NCBI GenBank assembly: GCA_965218435.1 | Contig: CBDCKW010000009.1 | Location: 3,168,001-3,232,000 of the forward strand | From: Truepera sp. | GTDB lineage: Bacteria > Deinococcota > Deinococci > Deinococcales > Trueperaceae | DNA length: 64,000 bases | Reading direction: 5' to 3' | Program-made: the position numbers and the translations under genes | Shown: positions 50,046 through 59,914 of the stretch, piece by piece | Numbering within the stretch: the first letter of the stretch is position 1 | Layout: every line of letters begins with the position of its first letter | The notes under the pieces: generated by a model | The model's database searches: none | What the model was told of the DNA's origin: nothing | What the model saw: the letters and a program-made list of their open reading frames with translations, nothing else

Positions 50046-50717
50046 ATGAGTTATTCGTCAAAGTACAGCAGCCAAGCCTACGGCTCAAGCTCGAGCTACA
50101 GCAACTCTAACGATCAAGACGACACGAACTGGGGTTACGTCGCTGTCGGTGGGGTGCTGATTGCAGCGGGCGCTTATCTGATCTTCCGCGGCGTCAATCA
50201 AGCTGACAGCGGTTCTAGCGGTGGTTCTAGCAGTAGCGGTCAGTATGCTCCTTACCGTAATCAGGGTGCGGGCATTCAGGTCAGAGAAAGCATCGTGATT
50301 GAAAAGCCCGACAGTGAACTCTACCGTTACTGGCGCAACCTCGAGAACCTACCGCACATTATGAGTCATTTAGAGTCGGTGACCGAGATGGGCAGCCGCT
50401 CGCACTGGAAAGCTAAAGGACCGCTCGGGATCAGTCTCGAGTGGGACGCCGTTGTTACCGACGAGCGCGAAAACGAAACGGTTTCGTGGCGTTCTTTAGA
50501 GGATTCACAAATTCCCAACGAAGGCACCGTGCGTTTCAGCCGCCGCGATGACAACAGCACCGAGGTCATCGTGTCTTTGACCTATCACCCCCCGCTCGGG
50601 CCGGTCGGCGCAGCTGTCGCCAAACTTTTTGGTGAAGAGCCCTCCCAGCAGATTAAAGACGACCTGCAAAACTTCAAGCAGTCCGTCGAGGGCGGCACAC
50701 TTTCTCTAAGCCTTTAG
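50046..50717 (+). CDS. SRPBCC (cyclase/dehydrase) family protein
   Basis: LYRYWRNLENLPHIMSHLESV, RSHWKAKGPLG, LFGEEPSQQIKDDL. Confidence 0.92.
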   Translation: MSYSSKYSSQAYGSSSSYSNSNDQDDTNWGYVAVGGVLIAAGAYLIFRGVNQADSGSSGGSSSSGQYAPYRNQGAGIQVRESIVIEKPDSELYRYWRNLENLPHIMSHLESVTEMGSRSHWKAKGPLGISLEWDAVVTDERENETVSWRSLEDSQIPNEGTVRFSRRDDNSTEVIVSLTYHPPLGPVGAAVAKLFGEEPSQQIKDDLQNFKQSVEGGTLSLSL

Positions 50718-50748
50718 CAGCGAGTTGGTCAGCACCACGGCGTTACGA

Positions 50749-50779
50749 GAGCTGCCCGAGGTTGGGCGGCTTTTTCTTT
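50749..50779 (+). terminator. Rho-independent terminator
   Basis: GAGCTGCCCGA-gg-TTGGGCGGCTT followed by a T-rich tail. Confidence 0.75.
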
Positions 50780-50962
50780 AGCTGAGTTATAGAGCTCGAG
50801 GCGCAAACTTTGAGGCTTAAACAGCACTAAGAAAGTGACCCGAGTATCACCTTAGAATGTGCGTGCCGGTCAGTAAAAACTGTATTAGGAGCGTTGCCGA
50901 CCGGTTCCGAACGCAGTGAGAACGGACTTGCTACCTGCTAAAAGCTTTAAGGAGTAAGTATA

Positions 50963-51754
50963 GTGGAATTTACGGTGAGAGAACCCTTAACGGCTGAGCA
51001 GTTGGCGCGTATCCGCCATATCGAAGAGGTCGCCGCCGACGCTGTACCCGCCGCAGTTACCGAATACCTGGACGGGTGGCGGCTCCGGTTTAACCACGGC
51101 GTTAAACGCCGCCCTAATTCGGTGTTGGCAGCTGAACGTGGCGTGCTGAGCTTAGCGGCCAAAGTCGCGCACGCCGAAGCATTTTACGCCGCTCACGGGC
51201 TCAAAGCGCGGTTTCAGCTCTCGCCTGCGTCGTTACCGGAAGGACTAGACGCGTTTTTAACGGCGCGTGGTTACGGGCGCGTTCCTGAAGCTGTAAGTGT
51301 TCAGGTCGCATCTTTGGAGACTTTGGGGGAGGCTCGAGCCCATTCCGGAGCTACAGTCAAGCTGCTAGAACACCCTAACGAGACATTCTTAGACCTCTAC
51401 TGCGACACCGAAGGGCTGAGCGGCCACCGCGCGGCGGCGTTGACCGAGATGCTCGGCAGATTGCCGGGAAAAGCTGCGTTTGCCCTTGTCTATGTTGAGG
51501 ACCGTCCGGCCGCTACTGGGGTCGGGGTAGCGCACGGCGACATGCTCGGGCTGTTTAACATCGCCACGGCCCCGTCAGCGCGGCGGCGAGGACTCGCAAG
51601 CGCCGCTGTCACGGCGCTGCTCAGTTGGGGTCGGGCTCAAGGTGTAAAGACCGCGTACCTTCAAGTTTCCGAAAACAATACGGGCGCACAGATGCTGTAT
51701 CAACACTTCGGCTTTCGGACGCTCTACCCCTACTATTACCTCGAGGCACCCTAA
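50963..51754 (+). CDS. GNAT family N-acetyltransferase
   Basis: DGWRLRF...RRPNSV; IATAPSARRRGLA; AYLQV..NN.GA..LY..FGF. Confidence 0.92.
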   Translation: MEFTVREPLTAEQLARIRHIEEVAADAVPAAVTEYLDGWRLRFNHGVKRRPNSVLAAERGVLSLAAKVAHAEAFYAAHGLKARFQLSPASLPEGLDAFLTARGYGRVPEAVSVQVASLETLGEARAHSGATVKLLEHPNETFLDLYCDTEGLSGHRAAALTEMLGRLPGKAAFALVYVEDRPAATGVGVAHGDMLGLFNIATAPSARRRGLASAAVTALLSWGRAQGVKTAYLQVSENNTGAQMLYQHFGFRTLYPYYYLEAP

Positions 51755-51949
51755 CGCTAATACCGCTCAGCGGGCGAAACTCCCTAGATGTCGTCTATGA
51801 CGTTGACTTTAACCGTTCTCTCCCCTACACTTGAATTAGGCACAGACCTGCTGCGCCTTACTACCCCCTAAATTTTGGACCCCAAGAAGAGATAAAGCAC
51901 TAGGTTCTGAGTATGGGCTAAGGTTTAAGCAGGCCCAGAAAGGACCTAT

Positions 51950-53545
51950 ATGTTTATTAACTTCCCTTTGCGGGAGCCGGTCGCGCGTGCGCTCGCGGCC
52001 AAAGGCTTTACCACGCAAACCGCTATTCAAGAGGCGGCTCTCCCGCACGCACTAAACGGCGGCGACGTACTGGGTTTAGCCCGCACCGGCACCGGCAAGA
52101 CGCTCGCCTTCGGTCTACCCATCGCCCACCGCTTGACTCCTGAAAATGCACGGGGCCGCGCCCCTCGCGCACTTATCCTTGCACCGACGCGTGAACTCGC
52201 CTTGCAAGTTGCGGGGGAGCTCGAGTGGCTCGCCACTGACCTTAACGTCGTTACCGTTTACGGCGGTACCGGGTACGGCAAACAAGCCGCCGACTTAAAA
52301 CGCGGCGCGGACATCGTAGTCGCCACGCCTGGACGAGCGATTGACTATTACAAACAAGGCTTGTTGCAACTCGCCCATGTCGAGGTCGTCGTGTTAGATG
52401 AAGCCGACGAGATGCTTAACGCCGGGTTTGAAGAGGACGTCGAACTGCTTTTATCCGCCACGCCTGACGAGCGCCAGACGATGCTCTTTTCCGCCACGCT
52501 GCCCCGCTGGGCCGAAAACTTGGCCGCGCGGCACCTCCGTAACCCACTCCTTGCCAACGTCGTTCAAGATGAAGAGGTTTCTTACAACGAGATCGCTATC
52601 GAAGCGCCCGTCAGCGCCCGGTTAGGCATTTTAAGCGACGTGCTGCACGTTCACGGTCAGGGCCACACCATCGTCTTTACCCGGACCAAAGCCGAAGTAG
52701 ACGAACTCGCCAAGGCGCTGAGCGCCCAAGGTCACGCCGCCGAAGCGGTTCACGGCGACCTCAATCAGGTGCAGCGTGAACGCGTATTAGACCGCTTTCG
52801 CGCCGGTCAGGTGACGGTCTTGGTCGCCACCGACGTGGCCGCCCGCGGCCTCGATATTCCCGATGTTGATCTGGTCGTCCATTACCGCTTTCCCGAACAA
52901 GCTGAAAGGTATCAGCACCGTTCGGGGCGCACCGGACGCGCTGGCCGCGCCGGTACGGTGATCTTATTAATGAGCCCGCGTGAACGCCGTGAGCTGAGTA
53001 TGTTAGAGCGCGCTATCTCACGCAAGTTAGAGCGCGTCACCCCGCCTCAGCCTGAAACCGTACAACAAGCTAAACTCGCCGGACTTCAGCGCAGCATCGC
53101 CCTACAGACCTCTGAAGATAGAGCTGCTTGGCAAGCGGTGGCGAAGACGTGGTTTGAAACCGGCGATACCGATACGCTCGCCGGACTTTTGGCCCTGACT
53201 CTGGGCGGCGCTCCGGCTCCGCGCAGCTTACTCACCGGTGAAGAAGGTTGGACGACCGTGCAGCTTCAGGGTCGCCCCTTAAGCGTGCCGCAAACCGTGC
53301 GCCTCCTTAAACAAGCGGGCGTCGGCGATCTAGGCCGGATTCAAGCGGGTCTTAAAGGCAGTTACGCTGATGTAAGGCCCGATGAAGTGGGCGCGTTGCC
53401 GAGTACGCTCGAGGACGTCAGCGTCATCTCGGCCAGCAGCGTCGAAGCGGCCCCACAGTTTGACCGCTCCGAGAGAAAAGACTCAGGCCGACCCCGCCGC
53501 CGCCCCGACAGCGGCAACCGCAGGGGTATACGCTATAACCGCTAA
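51950..53545 (+). CDS. DEAD-box RNA helicase (Thermus Hera-like)
   Basis: ARTGTGKT, PTRELA, TPGR, DEAD, SAT, ARGLD, HRSGRTGRAG. Confidence 0.96.
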   Translation: MFINFPLREPVARALAAKGFTTQTAIQEAALPHALNGGDVLGLARTGTGKTLAFGLPIAHRLTPENARGRAPRALILAPTRELALQVAGELEWLATDLNVVTVYGGTGYGKQAADLKRGADIVVATPGRAIDYYKQGLLQLAHVEVVVLDEADEMLNAGFEEDVELLLSATPDERQTMLFSATLPRWAENLAARHLRNPLLANVVQDEEVSYNEIAIEAPVSARLGILSDVLHVHGQGHTIVFTRTKAEVDELAKALSAQGHAAEAVHGDLNQVQRERVLDRFRAGQVTVLVATDVAARGLDIPDVDLVVHYRFPEQAERYQHRSGRTGRAGRAGTVILLMSPRERRELSMLERAISRKLERVTPPQPETVQQAKLAGLQRSIALQTSEDRAAWQAVAKTWFETGDTDTLAGLLALTLGGAPAPRSLLTGEEGWTTVQLQGRPLSVPQTVRLLKQAGVGDLGRIQAGLKGSYADVRPDEVGALPSTLEDVSVISASSVEAAPQFDRSERKDSGRPRRRPDSGNRRGIRYNR

Positions 53546-53619
53546 GTGACTTGAGTCTGCAAGCGATGCAACTGCATCTGCGTCGCTTGTGATTCTTTTA
53601 GGTATTTAGCCGACCGTGC

Positions 53620-53874
53620 CTAACGGCGTCCTTGTACCGCCTTAACGATAAAGAGCAGAATCACCGCGCCGATCACGGCTGTGATCAGACTGATAATGAA
53701 GTTGGCGTTTGGATTGACACCGAAAAAGCGCACGACGTAGCCGCCGATAAACGCCCCGATGATCCCTACAATGATGTCAACCAGGCACCCCTGTTGCCGA
53801 TTGGTCCCAGCGATCAAACTGGCAATCCAACCCGCGAGCGCCCCTAAAATAATCCAGCCGATAAAACCGAACAT
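53620..53874 (-). CDS. GlsB/YeaQ/YmgE (transglycosylase-associated) stress membrane protein
   Basis: [13 protein letters not shown]...[13 protein letters not shown]...[17 protein letters not shown]. Confidence 0.93.
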   Translation of the reverse strand: MFGFIGWIILGALAGWIASLIAGTNRQQGCLVDIIVGIIGAFIGGYVVRFFGVNPNANFIISLITAVIGAVILLFIVKAVQGRR

Positions 53875-53984
53875 AGTAGCCTCCTAAGCGGCATTTTAGC
53901 CTGAAACAGGCTTGCATGGAAAGTGTGCGGGTGTACAGGCGGACTAGGCCACCTGTACACAACCGGCAGAATCTACGCTCACTG

Positions 53985-54375
53985 AGATTAGCTCGAGCCT
54001 TCCCGATCCCAAAACGCGGTGAACTTTCGCGCCGCCGCCTCGACTTCGTAAGTGTCTTTAGAGGTGTCCATTTCGGCGGTCAAGTTGCGGCTAAAGGTCT
54101 CTGGGGTGCGCTCATGCGACTCAAAATCCAAACATCTTTCAGAACGTAAACGTTCAACCATCCGGTACGCTCGAGCGTCTACACTGAGCCCGACCAAAAT
54201 CCGCGTCTTCTCGACACTTTCCAAAGAGGCGTAAAGCCGCCGGAATCCGCTTGTCCGTAACCGACCGACACGTCAAAATACTGCGCGTCCTTAAGCGTTT
54301 GGACAAAACGGCCGTAAAGCGTTCCGTCCGGTTCGTTGTAAAAAACCGCAGGTCGGTTTGAGAAACGCTCGGTAT
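53985..54375 (-). pseudogene. 5' remnant of a PLD-domain/SNF2-type helicase gene (defence-associated family)
   Basis: Across frameshifts reads TDLRFF(T)NEPDGTLYGRFVQTLKDAQYFDVSVGY..TSGFRRLYASLESVEKTRILVGLSVD...RKFTAF(L)GSGRLEL; ATA where the start codon is expected; stops before the HxK motif. Confidence 0.7.
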
Positions 54376-54495
54376 AGCACCCTTCTCTCGGCTCGTTCGG
54401 CTTACGTCTGTTACGACTTACTTTGCCTTGTGGCGTTTGGCGGACAGTTTATAAAGTTCACGGCATTCGCATCGGTTTCTTCTGGCAGCGGTGTA

Positions 54496-54517
54496 ACAAA
54501 GGGTTGCAACCCTTTGT
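54496..54517. repeat. Perfect 22-bp palindrome
   Basis: ACAAAGGGTTGCAACCCTTTGT. Confidence 0.9.
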
Positions 54518-54573
54518 CGCAGATATACGCGTGGTTCTAGGTAGCTTTTGGTGCGCGTGATAGCGTAAAGCTT

Positions 54574-55965
54574 GTGACATTACCTGCGGGTTTTACGGCA
54601 AAGATGCAGGCGCTTTTGGGCGCTGAAGCCGAAGCATTTTTAGCGAGTTTGGCGGGGCCTGCACGGGTCGGTTTACGGGTCAATACGCTCAAATGTTTAC
54701 CGGAGCATTTTCAGGAGCTTTTACCGTGGAGGCTCGAGCCTCTCCCCTGGTGCAATTCCGGCTTTCTCCTAAACGAACCCGTACGTCCCGGCCTGCATCC
54801 GCTCCACCGCGCCGGGGTTTACTACCTGCAAGAACCTTCAGCGATGGCAGTTGCGGAGGCCCTAGCCCCCGAACCGGGCGAATGGGTGATTGACCTAGCC
54901 GCTGCGCCGGGCGGTAAAGCGACACATTTGGCAAGTTTGATGGAACAGGGTTTACTGGTTGCCAATGAGGTCACCGGGAGCCGAGTGCGGGCGTTGGGAG
55001 AAAACCTCGAGCGGTGCGGCGTCCGGCACGCCCTGATTACGAGCGAGAGCGTAGAAAAGCTTGCGGCGAGGTGGGGCGCGGTTTTTGACCGGGTGCTGCT
55101 CGACGCGCCGTGTTCGGGTGAAGGGATGTTTCGCAAATCTGCAGAAGCTGTGTCGCAGTGGAGCGAGTATCTAGTCCGGAGCTGTGCGGCGCGGCAAGAC
55201 GGGCTACTCGCTGAAGCTGCCAAGCTCGTCAAACCGGGCGGCGTACTCGTTTACAGCACCTGCACCTTTGCCCCTAAAGAGAACGAAGCAGTCATCGCGG
55301 CATTTTTGGGTGAACATCCCGAGTTTGAACCTGTACCCCTCGAGCTTCCCGGCGCGTCAACCGGACGTACCGACTGGGTTACGGCGTCCGCAGAAGGCTT
55401 GGAGCGCACCATCCGTTTTTGGCCGCATCTGAGCCCCGGCGAAGGACACTTTATCGCCAAACTCAGACGAATTTCGGGGCGAACTTCTGGGCATTCTAAA
55501 GCTAAAGCGCGCCGTAAAACCGTCGTACCGACGCCGCTGCCTCGGCAAGCCAAAGACCTCTGGAGCACCTTTATTCGTGAAACGTTCCGCAGTGCGCCGC
55601 TACCGAATGCACCTTTAATCCTGCGCGGTGACCAGCTTTACGCCTTACCTGGAACACTGCCCGACCTTACCGGGCTCCGCACCCTCCGCTCCGGCGTGTG
55701 GTTGGGAACCTTGAAGAAAAACCGTTTTGAACCGGCGCATAGCCTGGCACTGGCGCTGACCCAAGCAGAATTGGCTGAGGTGCAGGCGTTAGACCTAGCA
55801 AACAGTCCGGAACTAGGGCGGTACTTGCAAGGAGATGTGCTCGAGGCTCCCGGCGAAGACGGCTGGCTCGTCGTCACCGTGTCAGGGTTTGCGCTCGGGT
55901 GGGGACGGCGGAACCGGGGCACGCTCAAAAACTTTTATCCCAAAGGGCTAAGGCTCGCGCCGTAA
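54574..55965 (+). CDS. rsmF: 16S rRNA m5C methyltransferase (RsmF/NOL1/NOP2 family)
   Basis: YYLQEPSAM, DLAAAPGGK, LLDAPCSGEGMFRK, YSTCT...ENE, C-terminal LKNFYPKGLR. Confidence 0.93.
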   Translation: MTLPAGFTAKMQALLGAEAEAFLASLAGPARVGLRVNTLKCLPEHFQELLPWRLEPLPWCNSGFLLNEPVRPGLHPLHRAGVYYLQEPSAMAVAEALAPEPGEWVIDLAAAPGGKATHLASLMEQGLLVANEVTGSRVRALGENLERCGVRHALITSESVEKLAARWGAVFDRVLLDAPCSGEGMFRKSAEAVSQWSEYLVRSCAARQDGLLAEAAKLVKPGGVLVYSTCTFAPKENEAVIAAFLGEHPEFEPVPLELPGASTGRTDWVTASAEGLERTIRFWPHLSPGEGHFIAKLRRISGRTSGHSKAKARRKTVVPTPLPRQAKDLWSTFIRETFRSAPLPNAPLILRGDQLYALPGTLPDLTGLRTLRSGVWLGTLKKNRFEPAHSLALALTQAELAEVQALDLANSPELGRYLQGDVLEAPGEDGWLVVTVSGFALGWGRRNRGTLKNFYPKGLRLAP

Positions 55966-55978
55966 AGTCAGCTCCCGG

Positions 55979-56392
55979 TTAGGCACGGCTTACGGCCCAC
56001 ACCGAACTTGCAGCCACGACGATATGCATCAGCTCTAACATGACGACCGTTAGTCTCGGCGCACCGGTCAGCGTAAACGGCGTAAAGATCATCAGGGCGA
56101 AGATTACGGCGGCAACGAGATAAAATGTCCGCTTCGGCTGAGCGGTAAAACGCACCAGCAGCAAAAAGACGAGCGCGGCGATAATTACCGGGAAAAAACT
56201 AAAGATGATCACCGGAACGACGGTAAAGGGCTGCCCCTGAACCTGGACTGTGGGCGGAAACGCCCCGAATAGCTTGCCTAAAAGGTAGAGCAGCACATTG
56301 ATGAGGAGCGCAGCGGCAACCAGGGTGGCAAACGTCAGGTTCCGGTAAGAGACGGCTCGAGTTTTTACGGGGGTAGCCTGGTCAGAGGTCAA
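55979..56392 (-). CDS. Small membrane protein (DUF6069-like)
   Basis: Four hydrophobic segments, LELMHIVVA; AAGGAG RBS before TTG. Confidence 0.75.
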   Translation of the reverse strand: MTSDQATPVKTRAVSYRNLTFATLVAAALLINVLLYLLGKLFGAFPPTVQVQGQPFTVVPVIIFSFFPVIIAALVFLLLVRFTAQPKRTFYLVAAVIFALMIFTPFTLTGAPRLTVVMLELMHIVVAASSVWAVSRA

Positions 56393-56670
56393 AACAACTC
56401 CTTTAGAGCTTTAGCGTAGCGAACCGAGACTGCGCCGCGCAAGTTCGGAGTAGTCCAAGCTCAGTTACAGGCTGACCAAATCGTTTTGCGCACCTCGGGC
56501 TCGGGTAGGGCGGCGCAGCGTTCGTTTAAGATAGGCTTAGCAGTGCCGACTCCAGGATCGGCAAAAACTAAAGTTGAGAGAAAACGCACACTGTAGGGCG
56601 GCCCGGCTGACGACACTTTTTGAGTGACGAGGGCAGTGACTAACAAAGGCTTAGCAACATGTTTCATCAT

Positions 56671-56706
56671 GGTTTACTAGGTGGTTTACCAGGCGGTTTG
56701 CCAGGG
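56671..56706. repeat. 12-bp tandem repeat x3
   Basis: GGTTTACTAGGT GGTTTACCAGGC GGTTTGCCAGGG. Confidence 0.75.
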
Positions 56707-56787
56707 CAGAGCCTGGGCGCACCAGGCGCAGACGGCAAAACAGTTTGACCTTCTTTTGACCTCAAGTTTCTAACCTCGGGAGGATAG

Positions 56788-57912
56788 ATGAAAATTGCCT
56801 TTATCAAAGCGGGCAGCTTTTCGCACACGAACGCCAACGTCGAAACGCTCTTAACCAAGCACTTTCCGGACGCTGAGCTCGAGATCATTGACGTTCTCAA
56901 GCTCGTCCCCACCAAGTCTCTTGCCAACTTGTTAGGTGTTGTCAGCGAAAAAGGGGTGAGCGTGTTTTGGGACAATCGGTCTTTATCACGGCACCTTTCC
57001 AGCTCGGTGCATTACACCCAAAAGGTGCGGCGCGCCCTTGAAAAGCGCCTTGCCGGTCAGGACTACGCGTTTACCTTTCAAACTCAGTCTTTATTTGACG
57101 CCAGCGTACCGGGCGTACCCCACTTTCTTTATACCGACCATACCCGGCTCGCCAATCGCCACTATCCCGGCTACAGTCTTAAAGGTTTTTCGCCCAAACT
57201 TTTAGAGCTCGAGACCGAAAGCTACCACCGGGCTACGCGCGTTTTTACCATGAGCGAAAACATCACCCGTTCGCTGATAGAAGATTATGGTTGCGACCCC
57301 GAAAAGGTCGTTTGCGCCTCGGTAGGCAGCAACGTAAACTACCCGTCAGATGTAGACGCGAGTTTGGAACGCTACACGAAACGCCACCTTCTCTTCGTCG
57401 GGCTTAATTGGGAGCGCAAGGGGGGACCGCTACTAGTCGAAGCCTTTACGCGCGTATTAGACGTTTACCCGGACGCCAAACTGACCGTCGTAGGGTGCAG
57501 CCCGAAGCTCGAGCTCCCTAACTGTCAAGTGCTCGGCGTGATAAGCCCACAAGCAGTAGCAGAGTTTTACCGCGACGCGTCGGTGTTTTGTTTACCGACC
57601 AACCGGGAACCTTTCGGCATCGTGTTCGTCGAGGCCGCAAACTACAAGTTGCCGGTCGTAGCCACGCGTATCGGCGCGATTCCCGAAATTGTCTTAGAGG
57701 GTAAGAGCGGCTTACTGATCGAGCCTAGAGACGTCGCCGCGCTTACAGACGCACTCCTCACGCTCTTAGGCGACCCGGAGAAGTGCCGAGCGTTTGGACA
57801 GGCGGGGTTTGAGCACGTCCGTCGGCACTACACTTGGGAACACGTCGGAGAGACCTTTTTCAGTCATATCCGCCCCCAGCTGGCTGCCGCCTCGAGTCCT
57901 GAAGGGGCCTAG
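56788..57912 (+). CDS. Glycosyltransferase family 4
   Basis: LLFVG..WERKGG, EPFGIVFVEAA, PVVATRIGAIPEIV. Confidence 0.93.
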   Translation: MKIAFIKAGSFSHTNANVETLLTKHFPDAELEIIDVLKLVPTKSLANLLGVVSEKGVSVFWDNRSLSRHLSSSVHYTQKVRRALEKRLAGQDYAFTFQTQSLFDASVPGVPHFLYTDHTRLANRHYPGYSLKGFSPKLLELETESYHRATRVFTMSENITRSLIEDYGCDPEKVVCASVGSNVNYPSDVDASLERYTKRHLLFVGLNWERKGGPLLVEAFTRVLDVYPDAKLTVVGCSPKLELPNCQVLGVISPQAVAEFYRDASVFCLPTNREPFGIVFVEAANYKLPVVATRIGAIPEIVLEGKSGLLIEPRDVAALTDALLTLLGDPEKCRAFGQAGFEHVRRHYTWEHVGETFFSHIRPQLAAASSPEGA

Positions 57913-58115
57913 AGAGAAAACGAGCTCGAGATGTTTGTACCGCTGGGGCGTCGGCTATAGCAAGAGCCCTATACAATTCACGCCTTCTATTTATAACTTT
58001 TGTCCGTTTGTTATGGACAGCGTAGCGAACTGAGGCGTGTGACGCAAATTCAGGTGAAGCTCGCGCCACAATAGTTGATCTTTTCAGGCGTTGTGGAAAA
58101 GACATGCGGGCAAAG

Positions 58116-58568
58116 TTACATGGCGGAATTAAGGAGTTTCTCGAGTTGATTTCGCAGCTGAGCCAGCTCTTTTTCACCAAGTAGCGCGGCATATTCTGCT
58201 TCAAGGATGAGTTTCACGTCATACGCGGCGCGTAGGGCATCTTTGCCCAACTCGGTAAAGCCGATAAGCGACGCTCGGTTATCGCTCGCGTCTTTTTTTC
58301 GTTCGACGTAGCCTTTTTTCTCGAGTTCGTGAGCCAGCTGACCCATAGCTTGCTTAGTTACGCCAGCCCTGTCAGCCAAGGTCGTGATGCGTGTACCCTC
58401 TATGTCTAAGTTGGCAATCAACACCGTATGAAAAAGCGTGATATTGGTGAATCCCTTTTCGTGTAGTAGGTTAACAGCACGCTCACTGTAGGCACGCGCA
58501 ACGCGTTGAAATAATCGTCCTATATTTTTTTCTCGCATATCCAGCAAGTTTTTCTGAAGTTCAGACAT
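58116..58568 (-). CDS. MarR family transcriptional regulator
   Basis: TTLADRAGVTKQAMGQLAHELEKKGYVER..DASDNRA...TELG; ATG at 58568. Confidence 0.92.
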   Translation of the reverse strand: MSELQKNLLDMREKNIGRLFQRVARAYSERAVNLLHEKGFTNITLFHTVLIANLDIEGTRITTLADRAGVTKQAMGQLAHELEKKGYVERKKDASDNRASLIGFTELGKDALRAAYDVKLILEAEYAALLGEKELAQLRNQLEKLLNSAM

Positions 58569-58583
58569 TACCGTTTCCTTGAC

Positions 58584-58630
58584 AGTAAAGACAAGTTGCT
58601 TTACTATTAATTGGTCAATCAACTTGACTA
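58584..58630. promoter_or_regulatory. Putative MarR operator palindromes
   Basis: AGTAAAG-N8-CTTTACT and GTCAA-N5-TTGAC between the divergent marR and ABM genes. Confidence 0.55.
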
Positions 58631-58649
58631 TACCGTTCGGAGGTTACCC

Positions 58650-58946
58650 ATGTTTGTCATCAGAGTGCGGCTGACTGTAAAACCAGAAAGTAGAGATGCT
58701 CTTCTCTCTCATATGCAGGCGGAGATGCAAAGAAACAGCGAGCTAGACGGCTGTAAAGCTTATGCCCTTTACCAAAATGCTTTCGACACCAATGCCTTTC
58801 TTTTGTACGAAGAGTGGCGTAATGTGGCTGCGTTTAACAGCTATAAAGACTCCGAGGCTTTCAAGCAAATTATGAGCGCACTTTTCCCACTTATCGCAGG
58901 TAAACCCGACTCTGCCTATTACGATTCGACTTTAGTCGGCCCCTGA
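58650..58946 (+). CDS. Antibiotic biosynthesis monooxygenase (ABM) family protein
   Basis: VKPESRD...GC..YALYQ...FLLYEEW; GGAGG RBS. Confidence 0.88.
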   Translation: MFVIRVRLTVKPESRDALLSHMQAEMQRNSELDGCKAYALYQNAFDTNAFLLYEEWRNVAAFNSYKDSEAFKQIMSALFPLIAGKPDSAYYDSTLVGP

Positions 58947-59726
58947 TATAGTTTCTAAAACCTCCGACAAGAGCGCCCTCGTCGTACTCATTCCCTCTTC
59001 TGCATAAACGGTCTCTTGCCCCGACCAATCGCCGAAATATCCGCCCGCTTCGCGCAACAAGACCGGAAACGGCCCGCAGTCCCAGGCGTTCATCACCGGG
59101 TCAAACATCGCTTCCATCCGGCCCGTAGCCACCAGCATGTGCCCGTAAGCGTCCGACCAGCCCCGGCGGTCGTAGGCTGCGGCAGCTAGACGTGACCACT
59201 CAGCTTCACGGTTATAGGCAGCAAAACTGGCGATATCGGTAAAGCCGACGGTGCTTTTAGCGAGGGTTGTTTTGTCCGACACCCGCGCCGGACGCCCGTT
59301 GAGCGTACAGCCCAAACCCGTTGCAGCGGCGCAGAGTTCGTTTAGGGCTGGAAAATAGGCGACGCCGACCTCGACGCGGCCTTCAACCTCGAGACCCAAT
59401 AAGACCCCATAAAGTGGCACGCCCCGGACGAACGCTTTAGTGCCGTCAACCGGGTCTACGAGCCAACGGTGCGTCGCATCTTTGGTATCTTCACCAAACT
59501 CTTCACCGACGATAGCGTGTTCTGGATACCGCGCCCCCAAGCGGCGGCGAATCAGCGTTTCAGCTTCGCGGTCTGCGAGCGTGACGGGGCTGGCGTCGTC
59601 TTTGTAGGTCAGCCCCAAGCCTTCCGGCGAGCGGCCGAAGTAACCGAGCGTCAGGCGTCCGGCGTCATAGGCGAGTTCAGTGGCGAACTCGAGCAGGGGC
59701 TTAAGGTGAGCAGGTGATGGGGGCAT
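58932..59726 (-). CDS. hisN: Histidinol-phosphate phosphatase, inositol monophosphatase family
   Basis: KDDASPVTLADREAE, GEEFG, DPVDGTKAFVRGVP, WD. Confidence 0.85.
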   Translation of the reverse strand: MPPSPAHLKPLLEFATELAYDAGRLTLGYFGRSPEGLGLTYKDDASPVTLADREAETLIRRRLGARYPEHAIVGEEFGEDTKDATHRWLVDPVDGTKAFVRGVPLYGVLLGLEVEGRVEVGVAYFPALNELCAAATGLGCTLNGRPARVSDKTTLAKSTVGFTDIASFAAYNREAEWSRLAAAAYDRRGWSDAYGHMLVATGRMEAMFDPVMNAWDCGPFPVLLREAGGYFGDWSGQETVYAEEGMSTTRALLSEVLETISGAD

Positions 59727-59914
59727 AGCGTGTCCTTTGCTGTTGGGCTAGGTGCAGGTGGGTCAGGTACAGGTTTTTATAACGGCCAGGGCGTACTTGC
59801 CGGCTCACCGGCTTAACTCTCGCTTGCTACTTTTTCGCTACCCTTAAAACGTCTATAAAGCCCAAAAGCAGCGTATCTTTCTGCCAGACAGTATATGACG
59901 CGCTAAGCTGAACT

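Noticed and set aside
50780..50852. Partial resemblance to a c-di-GMP-I riboswitch (GGCGCAAAC...CTTAAAC...GAGTATCACC)
   Set aside because: The 5' GGCAAA element and GAAA tetraloop stem are missing and P1/P3 pairing is poor; a covariance search would be needed.
56461..56670. 69-aa minus-strand ORF next to the 12-bp repeat
   Set aside because: No recognisable domain or convincing RBS; could be a remnant but is unsupported.
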